From positions 31,930,001 to 31,994,000 of the forward strand of contig CM060732.1 in assembly GCA_030704615.1 (NCBI GenBank): DNA of 64,000 bases. The letters are read 5' to 3'. The notes beneath the pieces are model-generated. The model ran no database searches. It was not told where the DNA came from and was given only the letters and a program-made list of their open reading frames with translations. The DNA is from Takakia lepidozioides (taxonomy: Eukaryota; Plantae; Bryophyta). Each line of letters opens with the position of its first letter. Within the stretch, counting starts at the first letter, position 1. A program made the translations under genes and the position numbers. This document shows positions 1 to 13,300 of the stretch, piece after piece.

Positions 1-1890
1 GATGAACTGAACTAGGGAGGTGCAAGGAGGATGGCGGTACCCACCCTTGAGCCGGCATGGGAAGGTTTCCAGCGGGCAGCAGATGCTGGTCAGAGAGGTT
101 AGAGATTTTTTGCTGGCACAGCTTGTGTTCTTGGATGAACACGATGGCCTCCGTTCGTTGGAGTGGTGCCAACTAGGTGCATAGTTTGATTTTTTTTGTG
201 TTTGCCTGGTCGGAGCCAATCCCCCTAATGTTCCACGAGTGAATACTAACCTGCATCTTGAGGTATAGACAAGCTGAGAGGGAATTTCTCAATTGATGGC
301 CTGGTGTGAGAGTATTGGAACTTAGTTCATTTGTCGGAGGGAAGAGGGGATGAGATCTGTAGTTGACAGGGGCTATGGGTGTGGGGTTATTAAGCTGTAT
401 GAACAGGACTTGGGTGAAAGGGTTGAGCGGTTGGTGGTAGTTGTGGGGAAGGGGCAAGAAAGCAGCAGAGGATACTAATTCTGTATAGATTTTTGTGGGA
501 GCCTCAATGAGCTGGAGGAAGAACTCGGAGAGGAGGATAAGGCCAAGGGAAATTGGCGTTTCTGGAGAGAGGGAACCTACAGTCATTTTCAAATCTAAGT
601 CGACAAGATTGTCAGGGACCGCTATAGATGGTAAGACTTTGCTTGTTGAGCTAGCATCAGATTTAAGACAAAGAATTTTACACCTATTCTGCCAGGTAGA
701 GGAGGGAGAGAACACCAAGAAGGGAATGGGGTGAAGGTAGAGGCTTACATGAAGAGGGGTGACTGAGTGGGAAGGGGCGTGGGCGAGGGCAGTGGTAGCA
801 CATGCTGGACGAGGCTGCTTCTCAGCCGACGGGTGTTGTGATTCCGAGAGAGTGTTGTCGTGGACATGTGCGCGAGCGGGGCGCTGTTGCGCTTCCGGAG
901 AAGAGGGAGGGTCGGGGCCGATGGGGTTGTAAGAAGGTTGGTGCTGATCCGTGAGCCTTCGTAGCTCGATGGCCTCGTTCTGTTCATGAACCTCGGCTTC
1001 CAGCGTTGCATGGAGGAGAGTGAATGAAGAATGGATGGTGTCTCTTGCCCAAATGGTTGCCAAATTGGTGGTGGGGGGCTGGTCGTAGGGGGGAAGATGA
1101 ATCCAGAGGCCCTTGCCTTGGGGGTGATTTCCGAGCAGCGCTTTTTCCTCGATCAGTGCTAGAATCTGGGTTGATGGAGTAAGATCCGAAACCAGGCCTG
1201 GATACTATTCAACGTAGGCTCCCCAGGTGATGACTGTGTGGGCCTGCAGTGAATAGTTAGGTGAGTACTTCAGAAGAATAGACTAGATTTTCTCCCTAAG
1301 AGTGGGGATGGGGTCCCCATCGATAGGGCAGGTAGCCATGAAATACCGCACGTCCGCAGTGGTGATCCAGTGTGACTCCAGAGCGATCCCTTGTGGGGCA
1401 GTGGCAAGAAGAGCTGGTTATGGCGTCCTTCGAAAAATGAGAGGAGTGATGCATGTTGCCTTTGGGGCAGACCCATGTAACAATTGCGAGCAACCCCTCA
1501 GGGCCAAACTTGGAAATGACCGGAGCCTTGCACAGTTCCTAGCAATAACAAGGTTGATTGCAATTGTAGTTTTTCCTTCCTTTGATGTAGTCACTGTTGA
1601 TATCTGCCTTGTGTGGAAGTGTGTCGGGGGTTTGTTAGAGCCAGCCCTTGGGATAGAATTGTGGGCTTGATCGGATCTGGGGCAGGGTGGAGGGGCAACT
1701 CCAACCATTTGTGGAGCTGGTGTCAATACTGTAGCTGCCGCTTCTGCCATCATGGGATCCATGTGGTCTTTAAGCCTCTTTCCGGGAGGAGAGATAGAAG
1801 ATTGAGGTAGAAAGGAGTCCCAATTTCCTTGGTTGGGAAAGAGAAAGTCATTGTGTCGCCCTACTACTTTCCGGACTGCAGCTGCTGGGG
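1..1890 (-). mobile_element. L1-type LINE, inverted 5' segment (degenerate ORF1 region plus N-terminus of ORF2 APE endonuclease)
   Basis: Minus strand 255->1 reads MQVSIHSWNIRGIGS...AIVFIQEHKL...GSRVGTAILLAP, the first three APE/EEP motifs, with a stop and a frameshift. The upstream minus-strand ORFs are Pro/Ser-rich and ORF1-like. Confidence 0.75.
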
Positions 1891-4320
1891 CTGCAGCATC
1901 AGGGAGCCAGGTCGAGTCCAGTTCTGCTCTCTCAAACTTCCCAGCCAACGTGACCCTCTTGGCTTTGTTAACATATACGCTCCAAACTCCTACTTAGAAC
2001 GTGCTGACCTCTGGGCCCTCATCAACCAAACAATGTCCTCGCAACCAACTGCCCACTCTTGGATTTTGGCTGGAGATTTCAATATGGTGGACAACAACCA
2101 AGATAGACGAGGTTTGGCATCTCATCATCTTAACCCTGATGAGGAGGCCCCTTGGCTCTCTCTCCTCCAAACTCAAAGCCTTTCGGAGATTGACTCAAAT
2201 CCTAGCCCTTTCTTCACTTAAGGAGGCATGGGAGTGCTTGATCCAGTAACTCAAATCCAGGCACTCTTGGGAAAATGGTTACCAAGGTTCCTTGGGCCGG
2301 AGGGTGGCTGGTGGAAATTACTGGTAGGGCAGGCTATCTCACTCAACTCCCCACTAAGTCACACCCAATGGAGACCCTCTATGAGATGGATAACTCAAGG
2401 GTTTAGGCACAAATCCATTGGTTCACCCCTTTGGGTCTCAATCTGGGAAGCATGGAATAAATTTAGACCCTTCCTACTCAAATCAAAACCTACATCTTTC
2501 CAAGAGACAATGAGGCAACACCTCTTTCTCAATGAGGCTACCCCATCTCCCTTACAGCGCACTCAAGCCAAGAGGTGGGCAAAGTGGGAAACCAGAGGAT
2601 ACTCTCAGATTGCCCACATGTGGGCAAGCTCCTCAGAATCCCTTCAAGCGGCCCTGGGTATAAGAAGGCTAACATCCGGCATCGACTGTCACAAATATCC
2701 CAGACTCCTAGAAACTAATCCTTCGAAATGGTCAGCCCCTGCATTCTCCTCATAACTGGGTTGTGGCTTCAGGCAAACCCTACTCAATAATGTATACTAC
2801 AGAGGTGAAACATGGCATACTAACCGGCTATGCATTCAAAGCGGATACCTTCTCCGGGTTCTTGACACTCTTCTCGCACACTATCCAAAGTCTATGCTGC
2901 ATAGATGCCTTGCCGGCAAGAATCTGCCTGTGGTCCTCCCCTGCCAAAGATTTCAACCCATCTGCCCCAAAGGGAACACCCCCTTCTCCGTGGCTTCTCT
3001 TTGCCTCCTTTGCCTGGATTGGTGGCATGCCTCTCCAGGACCTGCAAATAGACCCTGGAGAGTGGCAGTGGAAATTTGGGGACACCAAATTGGGATTCTT
3101 CTCCTACTCGGCTAAGAAGGCATACAGGGCCCTTGCAAATGCCAAATCCCTTCCAGGCAAATGGAATGCAAGATGGCAGCATGAAAACTTCCATGAGGAA
3201 AATTGGGGAGACATCTGGAAACTCATTTGGGAAAAATCTAAGCCCGCAAAAATTAGTGCCTTCCTCTTGGCAAGTAGCAAACAGGGTGCTCAAGGTCGGG
3301 CACTTTCTGAATTTCCCTAAGGCCCTGCTATGCTCATGCTGTCAATCTGGGACCATCGAAACACTGGAACACTGCCTCATACATTGTCAAGCACCCCGTC
3401 TAATATGGCCATTTTATTGACTCGTTCTATAGTGCTTCATGGGAAGCGTTCCCCTCCAACCAAGTGGTACTGCTTCTCAACTATGACAGGACTACCAAAT
3501 CCATAGCAATTGACTGTCCGGTCTATGAAGCCTTGAGGGGATACACTCTATGGCATCTATGGAAAGCCAGATGTTCCTGGTCCTTGGACAATGTCAACTC
3601 CACGGCCACTGCTACATTCACAAACATATTTTTTGATCTTACCATAGCAGCTAAACTTGCTTGCGAAAAAGTGCGTGCAAGCATCGTCAAAACACCCAGA
3701 GCGGCAGCATGCCCTCATCAGTTCCTTCAGGGGCACTTGGGGCAGAAACGACATCATCTGCACATGCACGGGAGCGGGAGATTGTGTCTGGCCCATCCCC
3801 CCTCAATGGCAACACCATAGAGCCCTCCTCTTCCACTTCCCCAGAGTTTGATAAATCGGATGTCAACTGGAAGCGTGTGAAGACTGGCACAAGGACCAAG
3901 CTGCTCTACAAATAGATCTCCCCTCCTCTCCACTTTTGCACTTATATTTTCTCTACTCTCTACAATGGTTCTATGCAAGGAAAATCTTCTTCAAGGAGTG
4001 ATTGGTCCCCCATGCTTATCTATTATGCACAACGTAACATCAGAGCCTCTTCAAGGCTACATGCATTGGGCTTGTCCCATGTTATTTCTGTTTTCTCGAA
4101 ACTGGTTTCGGTCATCGGTTTGTAATCCGTTTCCTGCTGGAAGGTTTTGCAGTACAGTCATAGTTCATCGGGATATCCGTCACGCCCTGTCGTGTGTTAA
4201 GCCTTATGGCAGCCTTCGGGCATCAAAGGGTTTTTAATTTTTTCCCTTGAAATAATTTAAATAAAGTTCTGAGGCTAAACCCTCTTCTCCAAAAAATAAA
4301 AATAAAAATAAAAAATAATA
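1891..4320 (+). mobile_element. L1-type LINE 3' segment: APE C-half, RT deleted, post-RT region, zf-RVT, poly(A) tail
   Basis: GRVQF..GFVNIYAPN..WILAGDFN (APE) runs directly into GGMGVLDP..QALLGKW (post-RT motif). Then FSYSAKKAY..WKLIW..PAKISAF and CSCCQSGTIETLEHCLIHC (zf-RVT). An (A5T)n tail lies at ~4291-4320. Confidence 0.88.
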
Positions 4321-5271
4321 TATATATACTATTACTGTAATTAAAATCATTCTTCAAATTATAATGCAATAAAATCTGCGGCTAACTAAGTTTGCCAAAA
4401 CAATTATAGTAATAAGAATGCAGACAAATACTATTATCTCACTTTTCTTGGAGCCAATTACGTGTAAGCCTGCCGGATTGGCAGCAACCAGAGGGGCCAT
4501 TCCCTTAGGGTAAAAACCTACAAAAAAAAATAAAAAAATAAAAAATTGTTTGTACTTATCGTGCACAAGAATTTATCGGGGTGCATTCCTCCAGGTACTT
4601 ACAGTGCACTTAAAAACAAGAATTCATCGGGGTGCATTCCGCCCTGCGGAATATCCCCATCAGCTTCGTCAAGTGCATTTCGACGATGTGGAATGCACCC
4701 CTTAGAATTTTTTTTACTTCCAGTGGTAAGTTTTTCTAAAATGTTTTGGCAATTCTTTACGCAAAGGAATGCCTCCACTCAAGGCATTCCCCTACACTTA
4801 AAGGCAGATATTTATAGTTATTACTGAATTAATTTTTTTTCTTAAATTAGTGATTGGGTGAGCATCATGATCCAAACCCTTGAACCCTTCAGGAGCTTCT
4901 TATTTCCTTATTGTGCATGCTAATAAGTGAAAAAATGACTTACGTGCTTCCATAATGTGTTTTGTAACTCACATGTAGATAGTGCAGAGTAACTATGGAC
5001 CTTTCTGAATCAAGCTATAAACACTAAAGGTAGCATGACCAGAGAGTCTGACTCATGATGATGGTAAATTAGGAATTTTTGGAGCATGCATGCAAAATTG
5101 GAATTTACCAAGGAAATTTTTGGGTGCGTCACATGAGGTACTTTTTGAATTTGCCAATCATTTTTAGTAGATAGATTATATATATATACTATATTATCAA
5201 ATTAGACCTAATTTGTTTTTTTTTTGTATTACATAATTTATTTAACAATAGAGTACGATGTTTGTTGACAC

Positions 5272-6038
5272 CAGTGTTACCCGCCGTGACCTAGGTTACC
5301 GCCGGTTTAGGTTCAGGTTAACCGGAACCGGGCCCATTCCTACAGAACCTGACCCGGAATTGGAACCTGCCAATGGGGATCGGCACATAACCGAACCGGC
5401 GGTTCCTGCTCGGTGTGAGAACCGGATAACCGGGCGGGGTTCTTGAACCTTTGGTGGGCCCTTGGCATAACCCTAGAGAGCTGGTGGGCCCCATGGCAAA
5501 ACTTCTTTAATGCTCTCAAGCTCCATGAGATCCTGGTTCAATGTTTGAAGCCATGACATTCTATGTTCAATGCTTCAACGCCATGAGATCTTGGGTTCAA
5601 TCTCCAGCTCCATGATATCCTGGCTAAGTTCATTGATGAAAATGTTAGAAGATGCCAATACTTGCCAGATAGCTGAATAGTAATTTCAACCCATAAAATG
5701 TTACACATTTTTTCTTCTACCAGTTTATTTAGAGTATTTTTGTTTTTTTTGTTTTTTTTGTGTTAGTGAAAACTAATAAAATCGTTGGATTTTAGTTCAA
5801 ATATGTGAATACATTGCTATTTAATCTCCCAGACTGATAAAATATTTTAAATATAATTATATATATATATAATAAACCGGAACCTAATCGGGAACCGTAA
5901 CCGCCCCCATGTTTAAAAGTTGGATCCGGAACCGGCTCAATAAAAAAAAACCGGAACCGGATCCAGAACCGTCTCTTGAAATAATTGTGGAACCGGAACC
6001 GAAGGTTCCTTCACAAATGCAAGAACCGCCCAACACTG
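5272..6038. mobile_element. non-autonomous hAT element (MITE-like)
   Basis: TIRs CAGTGTT...AACACTG; perfect 8-bp TSD GTTGACAC (5264-5271 and 6039-6046); subterminal GAACCGG repeats. Confidence 0.92.
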
Positions 6039-9023
6039 GTTGACACCATCTTTTTCATGATCATGGTACTAAGAATACTATGAATATGAGGTGTGTGTAT
6101 CTCAATCACCATTCAAACCAAAAATTGATGTTCCATACCAAAATGATTCATCTCGTTATATATTAGAGTAATATGAAAGTAATTGTAGAATATTCGATCA
6201 TACCTTTGTTTCGCTCAGCTGGATCTGAATATTGAGAACTACATTGAAATAATAGTTATAAAACCAGAAAAGGGAAATGATGTGAAAAGAAAAACTTGTA
6301 GCTGTAGACTTATTATTAGCTGATGTCATTGTTGTTTCCATTTTATTACCCTTTTTTTTTTAAAAAATTACCTTTTCCCATATGCAAATTTTGTTGTGAA
6401 ATGAAGAATTCTAGATAGTTATCTTGTGATCTTTCCATTTGTTGATATGCAAACCATGTTAAATAGTCCTTATGATATTCTATAATTTTAAAAAAACAAT
6501 TCTAATATGTATGCAAACATCTATATTTTGTCCAAATTTATTCAATCTTTTTATTTATGACTCGTTGTCAACTTTAAGTCACATCCAGCTCTATGCCCGA
6601 GGGTCATTGCCACCGATGGCACATATCCCAAGCTCATATATGCAACAACCCGCAATTTGGCCTATTGCGGAGCATATTGATCCTTCAAGGTACACTTCAT
6701 ATATTTGTGATATTTTTCTTTCCATCACATGATAATTGTCTTCTTTTAACTAGATTTTCAACATACTAGTCATTGGTCTCCATCAAAAAAAAATTACAAC
6801 AACACAAGACTCAGTATAAGAAGTCCACAAATATTATATGGACTATCTACAAGTGACAACACTAAGAATGAATGATTAAAAGAAAATGTCAAGTTATCCA
6901 AGACAAAAAGGTGGATGGAGGAGATAGTTTTGCATTTTGCAAAATTAGATCTTGAACATGATATCATTATTAGCCTATTATCCAACTAAAATATGCGTGG
7001 AGAAAAATTCAGTTAAATACTCAGATAAGAGCCGCACAGTATTCCACTTTTGCTTTCGTCGCCACTGCTAAGCTTATACTGTTTCTTTCGTCCGTTGCAG
7101 AGCTAATATACTAGTTATCTCCGGTCTCTGAACTAGGTATGAGCACCGCAGAGGTTCAGTTGGATGCTCCAGAGGCACGAGGCAGAAACAGTAAGTGGCC
7201 TCTGGCGCAGGAGAGGATCTTATATCTGACTTCATTGCGTGATTAATCCAGTGAAGAATCATGGATCTGAGCAGAGTTTCTCCCCTCTCAATGCTTACCA
7301 ACCTTCTGTCAGAAAGAGCTCTTTGCTTTCAAACCCCCCCCACCCCCCTCAGATTGTACAGAGGATCTCCTGCTTCTGGACACTGTTAATAAACATCCAA
7401 TTGCAAGTGTGCCATTTTGTTTCCGGAACACCATTGCATGTCCCACAGGAGGTTGATCAACGCAGTTTTGGCCAGTGTGCCATTCTCCTCATTTGTTTAT
7501 CCTTGCAAGCCAGAATTTGTGAGTTAATAAAAACATTGGTGAAATTGTTGCCATGTTCAGCTTGCCAGGAGCCGGCTCAACTAGGAGAGCAGTGTGCTAG
7601 CTTGTCCTTCCCTAAACAAAGGGAAAAACATGTGAAGCTACCCGCAAGTGTGCAAATCAAATCCCCCATGCTAGCTGCAAGCCTCCACTTAACCATGTCC
7701 ATCTTCTTAATCTCTTCTCAACTCCTCTACAAAGTGTACTTAGGCAAGATGACATAAAAGTTAAGGGAGTGCCTCAAATTGCCACATGCTCATCTTCATC
7801 CTCCTCATTCTGGGCCACTGCATCAGGCTTCACGTCTCCAAACTCATGTTTCAATGTATGTCTGTTGAATTGAAGCACCTTTGTGGCCCCAAGGACCCCA
7901 TCATGGAGCACAACCTTTGAAAGGAGGAGCCCAATCGTAATTGAGAGACATATGATCACCATATTCATCACAAACGCAATCCCCGACACAGCATCGTCTT
8001 TGACAAATGCCTGTATGCCCTGCAGCATAACAAAATAAAATGAATGAGAGGAGAATCCTTGACTAAAAATCTGGTCTCCACGTAACGTATGGCATGGATA
8101 ATCTCTTGGGGAGCTTCTTAGAGATATTCAAGAGCTCAGCACAGTGTTGAGCCCAAGGTGCTGCTGCTTCAAATGCAATGTGGCCTATGCTGGGATTTGC
8201 TTATGCTTTCACATGGGAGACGCCACCTAATAAGATAGCTACATGTATGGTCAGTCTTTCCTTAGCAAGACCTACAGGACTGCATGGCCAACTTGAAACC
8301 AGTACAAAGCAGAAAAAACTAAATCTGGAGGATGCCTTGTATTTCTATAACGGTAGCTGCCCAGCTCTGTACGGGCTCCAAACACATTTGTTAGGCACCC
8401 CTGGGTCACTGCTCTTGTTTTTCTCAGGTTCCTAATTAGCATTGGCAAATGAAAAAGGGACACTTGGAGATACATATGGCTAAGGAACAGCTTGCCTGAA
8501 CACCAATGCCTCCTGGTAGCAATGCTTGGATTCCTGCTAAAATCAATGTCAATGGAATGTCCCTCGACAGAAAGGAGTACAACATCCCTAATATCACAAA
8601 CAAACACGGACAGTAGTGAGAAGGACGAAATTCTATTTGTGGCTCCCAAGGAGCACTCATAGTTCACAAAAAGGGGATCACCATCATTGTGTTGGAGCTT
8701 CTAAATGAAAGAACAGCTGCACATGTCTCTCTCTCTTCCTTTTTGGGCACTAGACTGAAATTTAAACTCAGGGCGAGGAGTCTACCTTTGAACAATAAAC
8801 AGATGCAAGAGAGGAAGAGGAGATTGTAATTACCCAATGTGCACGTAGCCTGAACACAAAACTCCTATTCTGATACATTGCTGGGGTGTTCTCACCAGAG
8901 AGTGACCCATTTCAGGAACATCAATAACATGATTTCTGCACCTCTGATACCAACTTCAAAAATCTTGAGGCTGAGCCTAAAGCCCTGGTCCTGTTGGGGT
9001 CCAATTGCTGGGTAGTTCAGACA

Positions 9024-9514
9024 CAGCAGATTGATGCTTTTGTGGAGGGCTTTCTAGTGGATATCTGGAAGCCGAACTCATTGTTTATACAAAGGTAAGT
9101 CCCACTACCGGCATCACAAAGTGGTGTCTGTTCCCTTTAGTTCCGCCCAAACTGAGCATGGGGTCTATGGCCACAAGGCTACGGCAAATAACATCTTATG
9201 AGTACAGTCTTTCACACTAACACGTAGACACAGTTTTTCTACTAGTCACATGCGTCACATGGGCCCTTGAGGCACTCTGAATGTATACAGTTTCCTTCTT
9301 TCTTGATCTCTGGCTTCAGCAGATTGATGCTTGAGTGAAGGGCTTTCTAGAGGAAATCTGGAAAGCCCGAACTAATTGTTCACACTACTGGAGTGAGCCC
9401 CTCACAATGGAAGTACCTATTCCCTATGTTTCCGTCCAAACTAGGCACGGGGTCGATGGCCACAAGGCTAAGGTAATCAAAGTCTTATAAGTAGAATCTC
9501 TGGCTTCAACAGAC
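9024..9514. repeat. diverged ~290-bp tandem duplication inside a ThrE intron
   Basis: CAGCAGATTGATGCTT..GGGCTTTCTAG..ATCTGGAA..GGCCACAAGGCTA occurs at ~9024 and ~9317, with a third partial start near 9500. Confidence 0.75.
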
Positions 9515-10287
9515 ATGCTTCTTTCTTTTATGCATGAGCCGCTGTCTTTAAATATAGTTTGATGCTTGTTGAAGTTGTTCTTTTGTTCTACTTCGTCCCA
9601 TAGGCCCTCGGGGTCCCCAGTGGCCATTATAAAATGTTTTTCTTTCATAAGCTCTTACTGGGCTTCTGCGGTCGTCCTACACGTCTGTTTTCCTTCTCTT
9701 TGCCTTCTTTCATTTTTTCACCCCGCATGCCTTTTAGGCACTAGCAGATTAGCACTTCAACCATCACCACATGCATCTGCCTAAGGAGAGGCCCACACTA
9801 GCAGTGTCGGTAAAACCATCTTGCAAGCGAACTTCAATTTGATATAGAAGAGAAAACACTTGCTAGTTTTATTGCAACTGGCTCTCAGCTTGACAGAGAG
9901 ATGTCAACGCAAATCCTTAAATCCATACTCAATACCGCTCAAACAAATTACGAACAAGCTGTATTGGAATCTTGGGTTGAGGTCCACATTCCCGTACATT
10001 CCCTACGGCCAGCTCCAGCAGGATTGATGTTCCACAACGTCTATGCCCACAGGAAAGATCACAGGAACACTAGCAGGGGAAGATCAATCAGTACATCCAT
10101 CCGTCTCTTTCTCTTCTGACAAGGAGAAGCACCTACCTGTGAGGCCGATAGCAAAGGCAGCAAGCACAGTTGCTGTTTCTGATCCAAATCTGGCATCAGC
10201 CCACTCATTGACAGCATAGCCAATTCCTGTTATTAAAATCATTCCAGTCCATTGATCCAATCTTGCACGCAGAAAGATTTAGGATAA

Positions 10288-10357
10288 TGGCAAATCCCAG
10301 AAACCTGCCCGTCACGAAGATAACTGGCAAATCCCAGAAACCTGCCCGTCACGAAGA
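10288..10357. repeat. 33-bp perfect direct repeat duplicating a splice acceptor
   Basis: TGGCAAATCCCAGAAACCTGCCCGTCACGAAGA at 10288-10320 and 10325-10357. Confidence 0.9.
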
Positions 10358-13300
10358 GAACTCAGATTAGTCAGATCTGAGTGTAAAAGAAAGAAATGAT
10401 GAACAAGACACCAATTACAGGGAGAAAAAATAAAAGAAAAACTGCTGTAGTAGCAGATAACACGAGGAGCAAGATACAATCTGAAATAACATTGCAAAAT
10501 AGTACCAGATGACAGTGACCCACAGCGACATGTCCAGACCAGTGCATGCTTTGGGTTCGACATGCGGAATCCACCACGCCAGATTCTCACCAATTGCTAG
10601 CCCAAACCCTAGTTGCAGAGAGGACACCAGCGCTTTCACAATGCGGGCTGTGCCTGTGAAGACCGTTTTCTCCATAACCTCACTCACTCCAATTGTCAAA
10701 TGGCCTGCCTGTATGACAATAACAAGAAAGTTGTTGCAGAAGTGTGGAAGAAACAATGACTAGTTGACAAAAAACAGTTTGAAACAACCTGGAGCAATTT
10801 TGCTTTTCCTCCAACCAGTAGAGGTTAACTCCTCAAATGGCTGCCATGCTTTTGTCATAAGAAAACTGTCAACTTAGGGACATTGTCCTGCCAATCTCTA
10901 GGGGCATTAATGGACCAGATATCGCTACAAGTAGCCAAGAAAAACTGTCCATGGAGTAGCCTTACAGTGTCAGGAGGCACAAAAGGACCAGCACATGAAT
11001 CTTCCTCTTTTTCATCTACATACATACACATACATACCTGGTAACAGCCAAACAAGGCCTGAAGTTGCCATCGCAAAAAAGCAGACATCCAGCTGTTGCA
11101 AGTGATAGGTGAACACCCTCGCAAGAAATGAGGCAAAGAGTGCTGCAATAAACTCCAATAAATCCCCAAACACAGGAGAGATTGGTGGAAGGAGGGAGAG
11201 AATGCCGACTCCCAGCCCAAGTATGAATGATAGACCGGCGTCCCAGTAGTTCCCTGCTTCCCCCAATATCCCAGCAGAACCCAAGCCAAATCACAGAATA
11301 GGGAAGTCTTTTAGAGCTCCATGGTATTTGTGGACACACAGCACTGCCAGCAAAAACATCAGCTGGCTCGGAACTTGAAAAAATAATTCAGGCTTGCAAT
11401 ATAAGCCTTGTTCTCAAAGCCCTGGTTTTGACGGTGCAAGAAAGCTGGGGAGAGCAGAATGGGATCCACTACCATGTCGGAGGGTTCATGGACATGGGGC
11501 TTTGGCAATGCACCTGAGGGAAAATGCCAACTTCCATTATTTGTGCCAGAAGATCAAGATAAAACCAGAACTATTCCAAAGGAGGGTTTGAGTCATTCTC
11601 ATTATCCTTGTTCCCTGGGTTAATGAAGGTGGGGAGCCTACCCTGCACCAACCTGCAGGAGAAAGTGCCTGATCTACCCCTACTTGAGAGACTAACTAGA
11701 TAGAAAAAGGATTTCATAATGGCACACTGTCAAATTACAAGGACAGGTGGGTAGAACATCAAAACTTTCAGGACCTCACCTGAAAAGAAAAGAAGTGCAG
11801 CAGTTGGAGCGGACAATGCATAGCTCAAGAGTTGCCAGTACCAGCCACCAAAAAGGGATGGGGACATTACAAGTGACTGCAACTGCCACTGTGCCATCAT
11901 AAGGGGTGCGTGGGGGAGGCCGACGCTGTTGGCGAGCTCATCAACTCTCTGCAATTTATTCACATCAACCTCGCTCTCCACCCTCAGCATATGTGTTTCA
12001 TGTCTGTGTTTCGACCCAAAATAGATTCCATATGTCAAAAGATTCTCCTCCAGTTCCAATGGATGTAAGCAAAATTCAGATTTGTTGATCAAAATGTATC
12101 TGTCTGTTGCAAAAAAGGCAAACTATAAAAGACCAGAGACCTCAAAATAGGAATGGCAAACTTACATAGTTGGATTCGATTTGTCCGGGAAGAGCAGAAA
12201 AATGATGGAGGAAAAGACTGCAATGTTGGTTTCGACATGCAAACGTTCAGCTGCCTGTTCAATAAGATACTCAGTTCTTGGAGCTGAGCCCCCATAGGTG
12301 ACCAGTGATAGGGCCAAGCGCCGAAGAAATTTGCGGCGCAGGCCCATGTTCCATGAGCTGGACTCCTCCCCTCCTTCCAATGGTGCCACTGGAGCCCAGC
12401 CATTACACTAATTCAACAGCGAGTGCTTCATGACATGATCTATAACTTTTACCCGTTGTATTGTCTCCCCAACCTGAGGAAAATTGTGCAAGAAGTAAGA
12501 TGACTGCTTTCACTGTGTGCGTTTACTGCTGCCCCCTTGTCACTCTCGTTCGTATTCACCATCCAGGGTAAGAAATCTTGCTAGCCAACAGCAGGACTAA
12601 TTTGGTTGATTTACAGAGTTTCATAACTTCCGGTGATTCTTTAGATCACTGGGTATGTGACGGCTTTCGACCCCCATAGGAACATGCCTCATAGAGCTGA
12701 AGACACCCTACTCTCCACAGCAGCTAAGCAGCCAAACATATGAACTTCACACTAAGTGGTAACCAGCACACTCATGGGTTTCCTGGCAATCCAGCCCAGA
12801 CCTCTGACTGCCATAATGACTGAGATGCACACAACTGCAACCAGCAGAAAAGCTCCGGTGGAAAGATTCTGCTCCCATCCTGCACTGGATCTACAGCTGT
12901 AGGTAGTGCGACCACTAGAGCTGCAATTCCCCAGACGCGCGTAGCTCATCCAACAACCAGTTACCGTGCTGCGTGACCTATAAAATTGTTCTGGTTACAA
13001 TCTAGTGTTCACTGCAAGGGGTCTAGGGGGGGAAGCTGGGACTCACCAACGTCAGGGTCTGCTTGTTGCCCATCGCTGGCAAACCCATGGAAGCCCCATA
13101 TTCCACGACTCCTCAGATAGTTCTTGGCTTCCAACAGTGAGCTATTGTAGTGGGCCATCTGTCCCTCTCAACTTTTCTCTTCCTTTGCTACTCGTTCATC
13201 ATGTGTGCATGCTGGACTGCATCATGAGTCACACAATTCCCAGCTTCGCCTTCCTCAATACGCCACCCACGAATTCATCATGCACGGTTACCTCCTTGCA

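Noticed and set aside
7239-7757. 172-aa plus-strand ORF
   Set aside because: Overlaps the 3' region of the ThrE gene antisense and has no domain signature.
12400-12412. Stop-codon rescue by U-to-C editing or readthrough in ThrE
   Set aside because: This is a nuclear intron-containing gene, and the additional frameshift and stops make pseudogenisation the simpler explanation.
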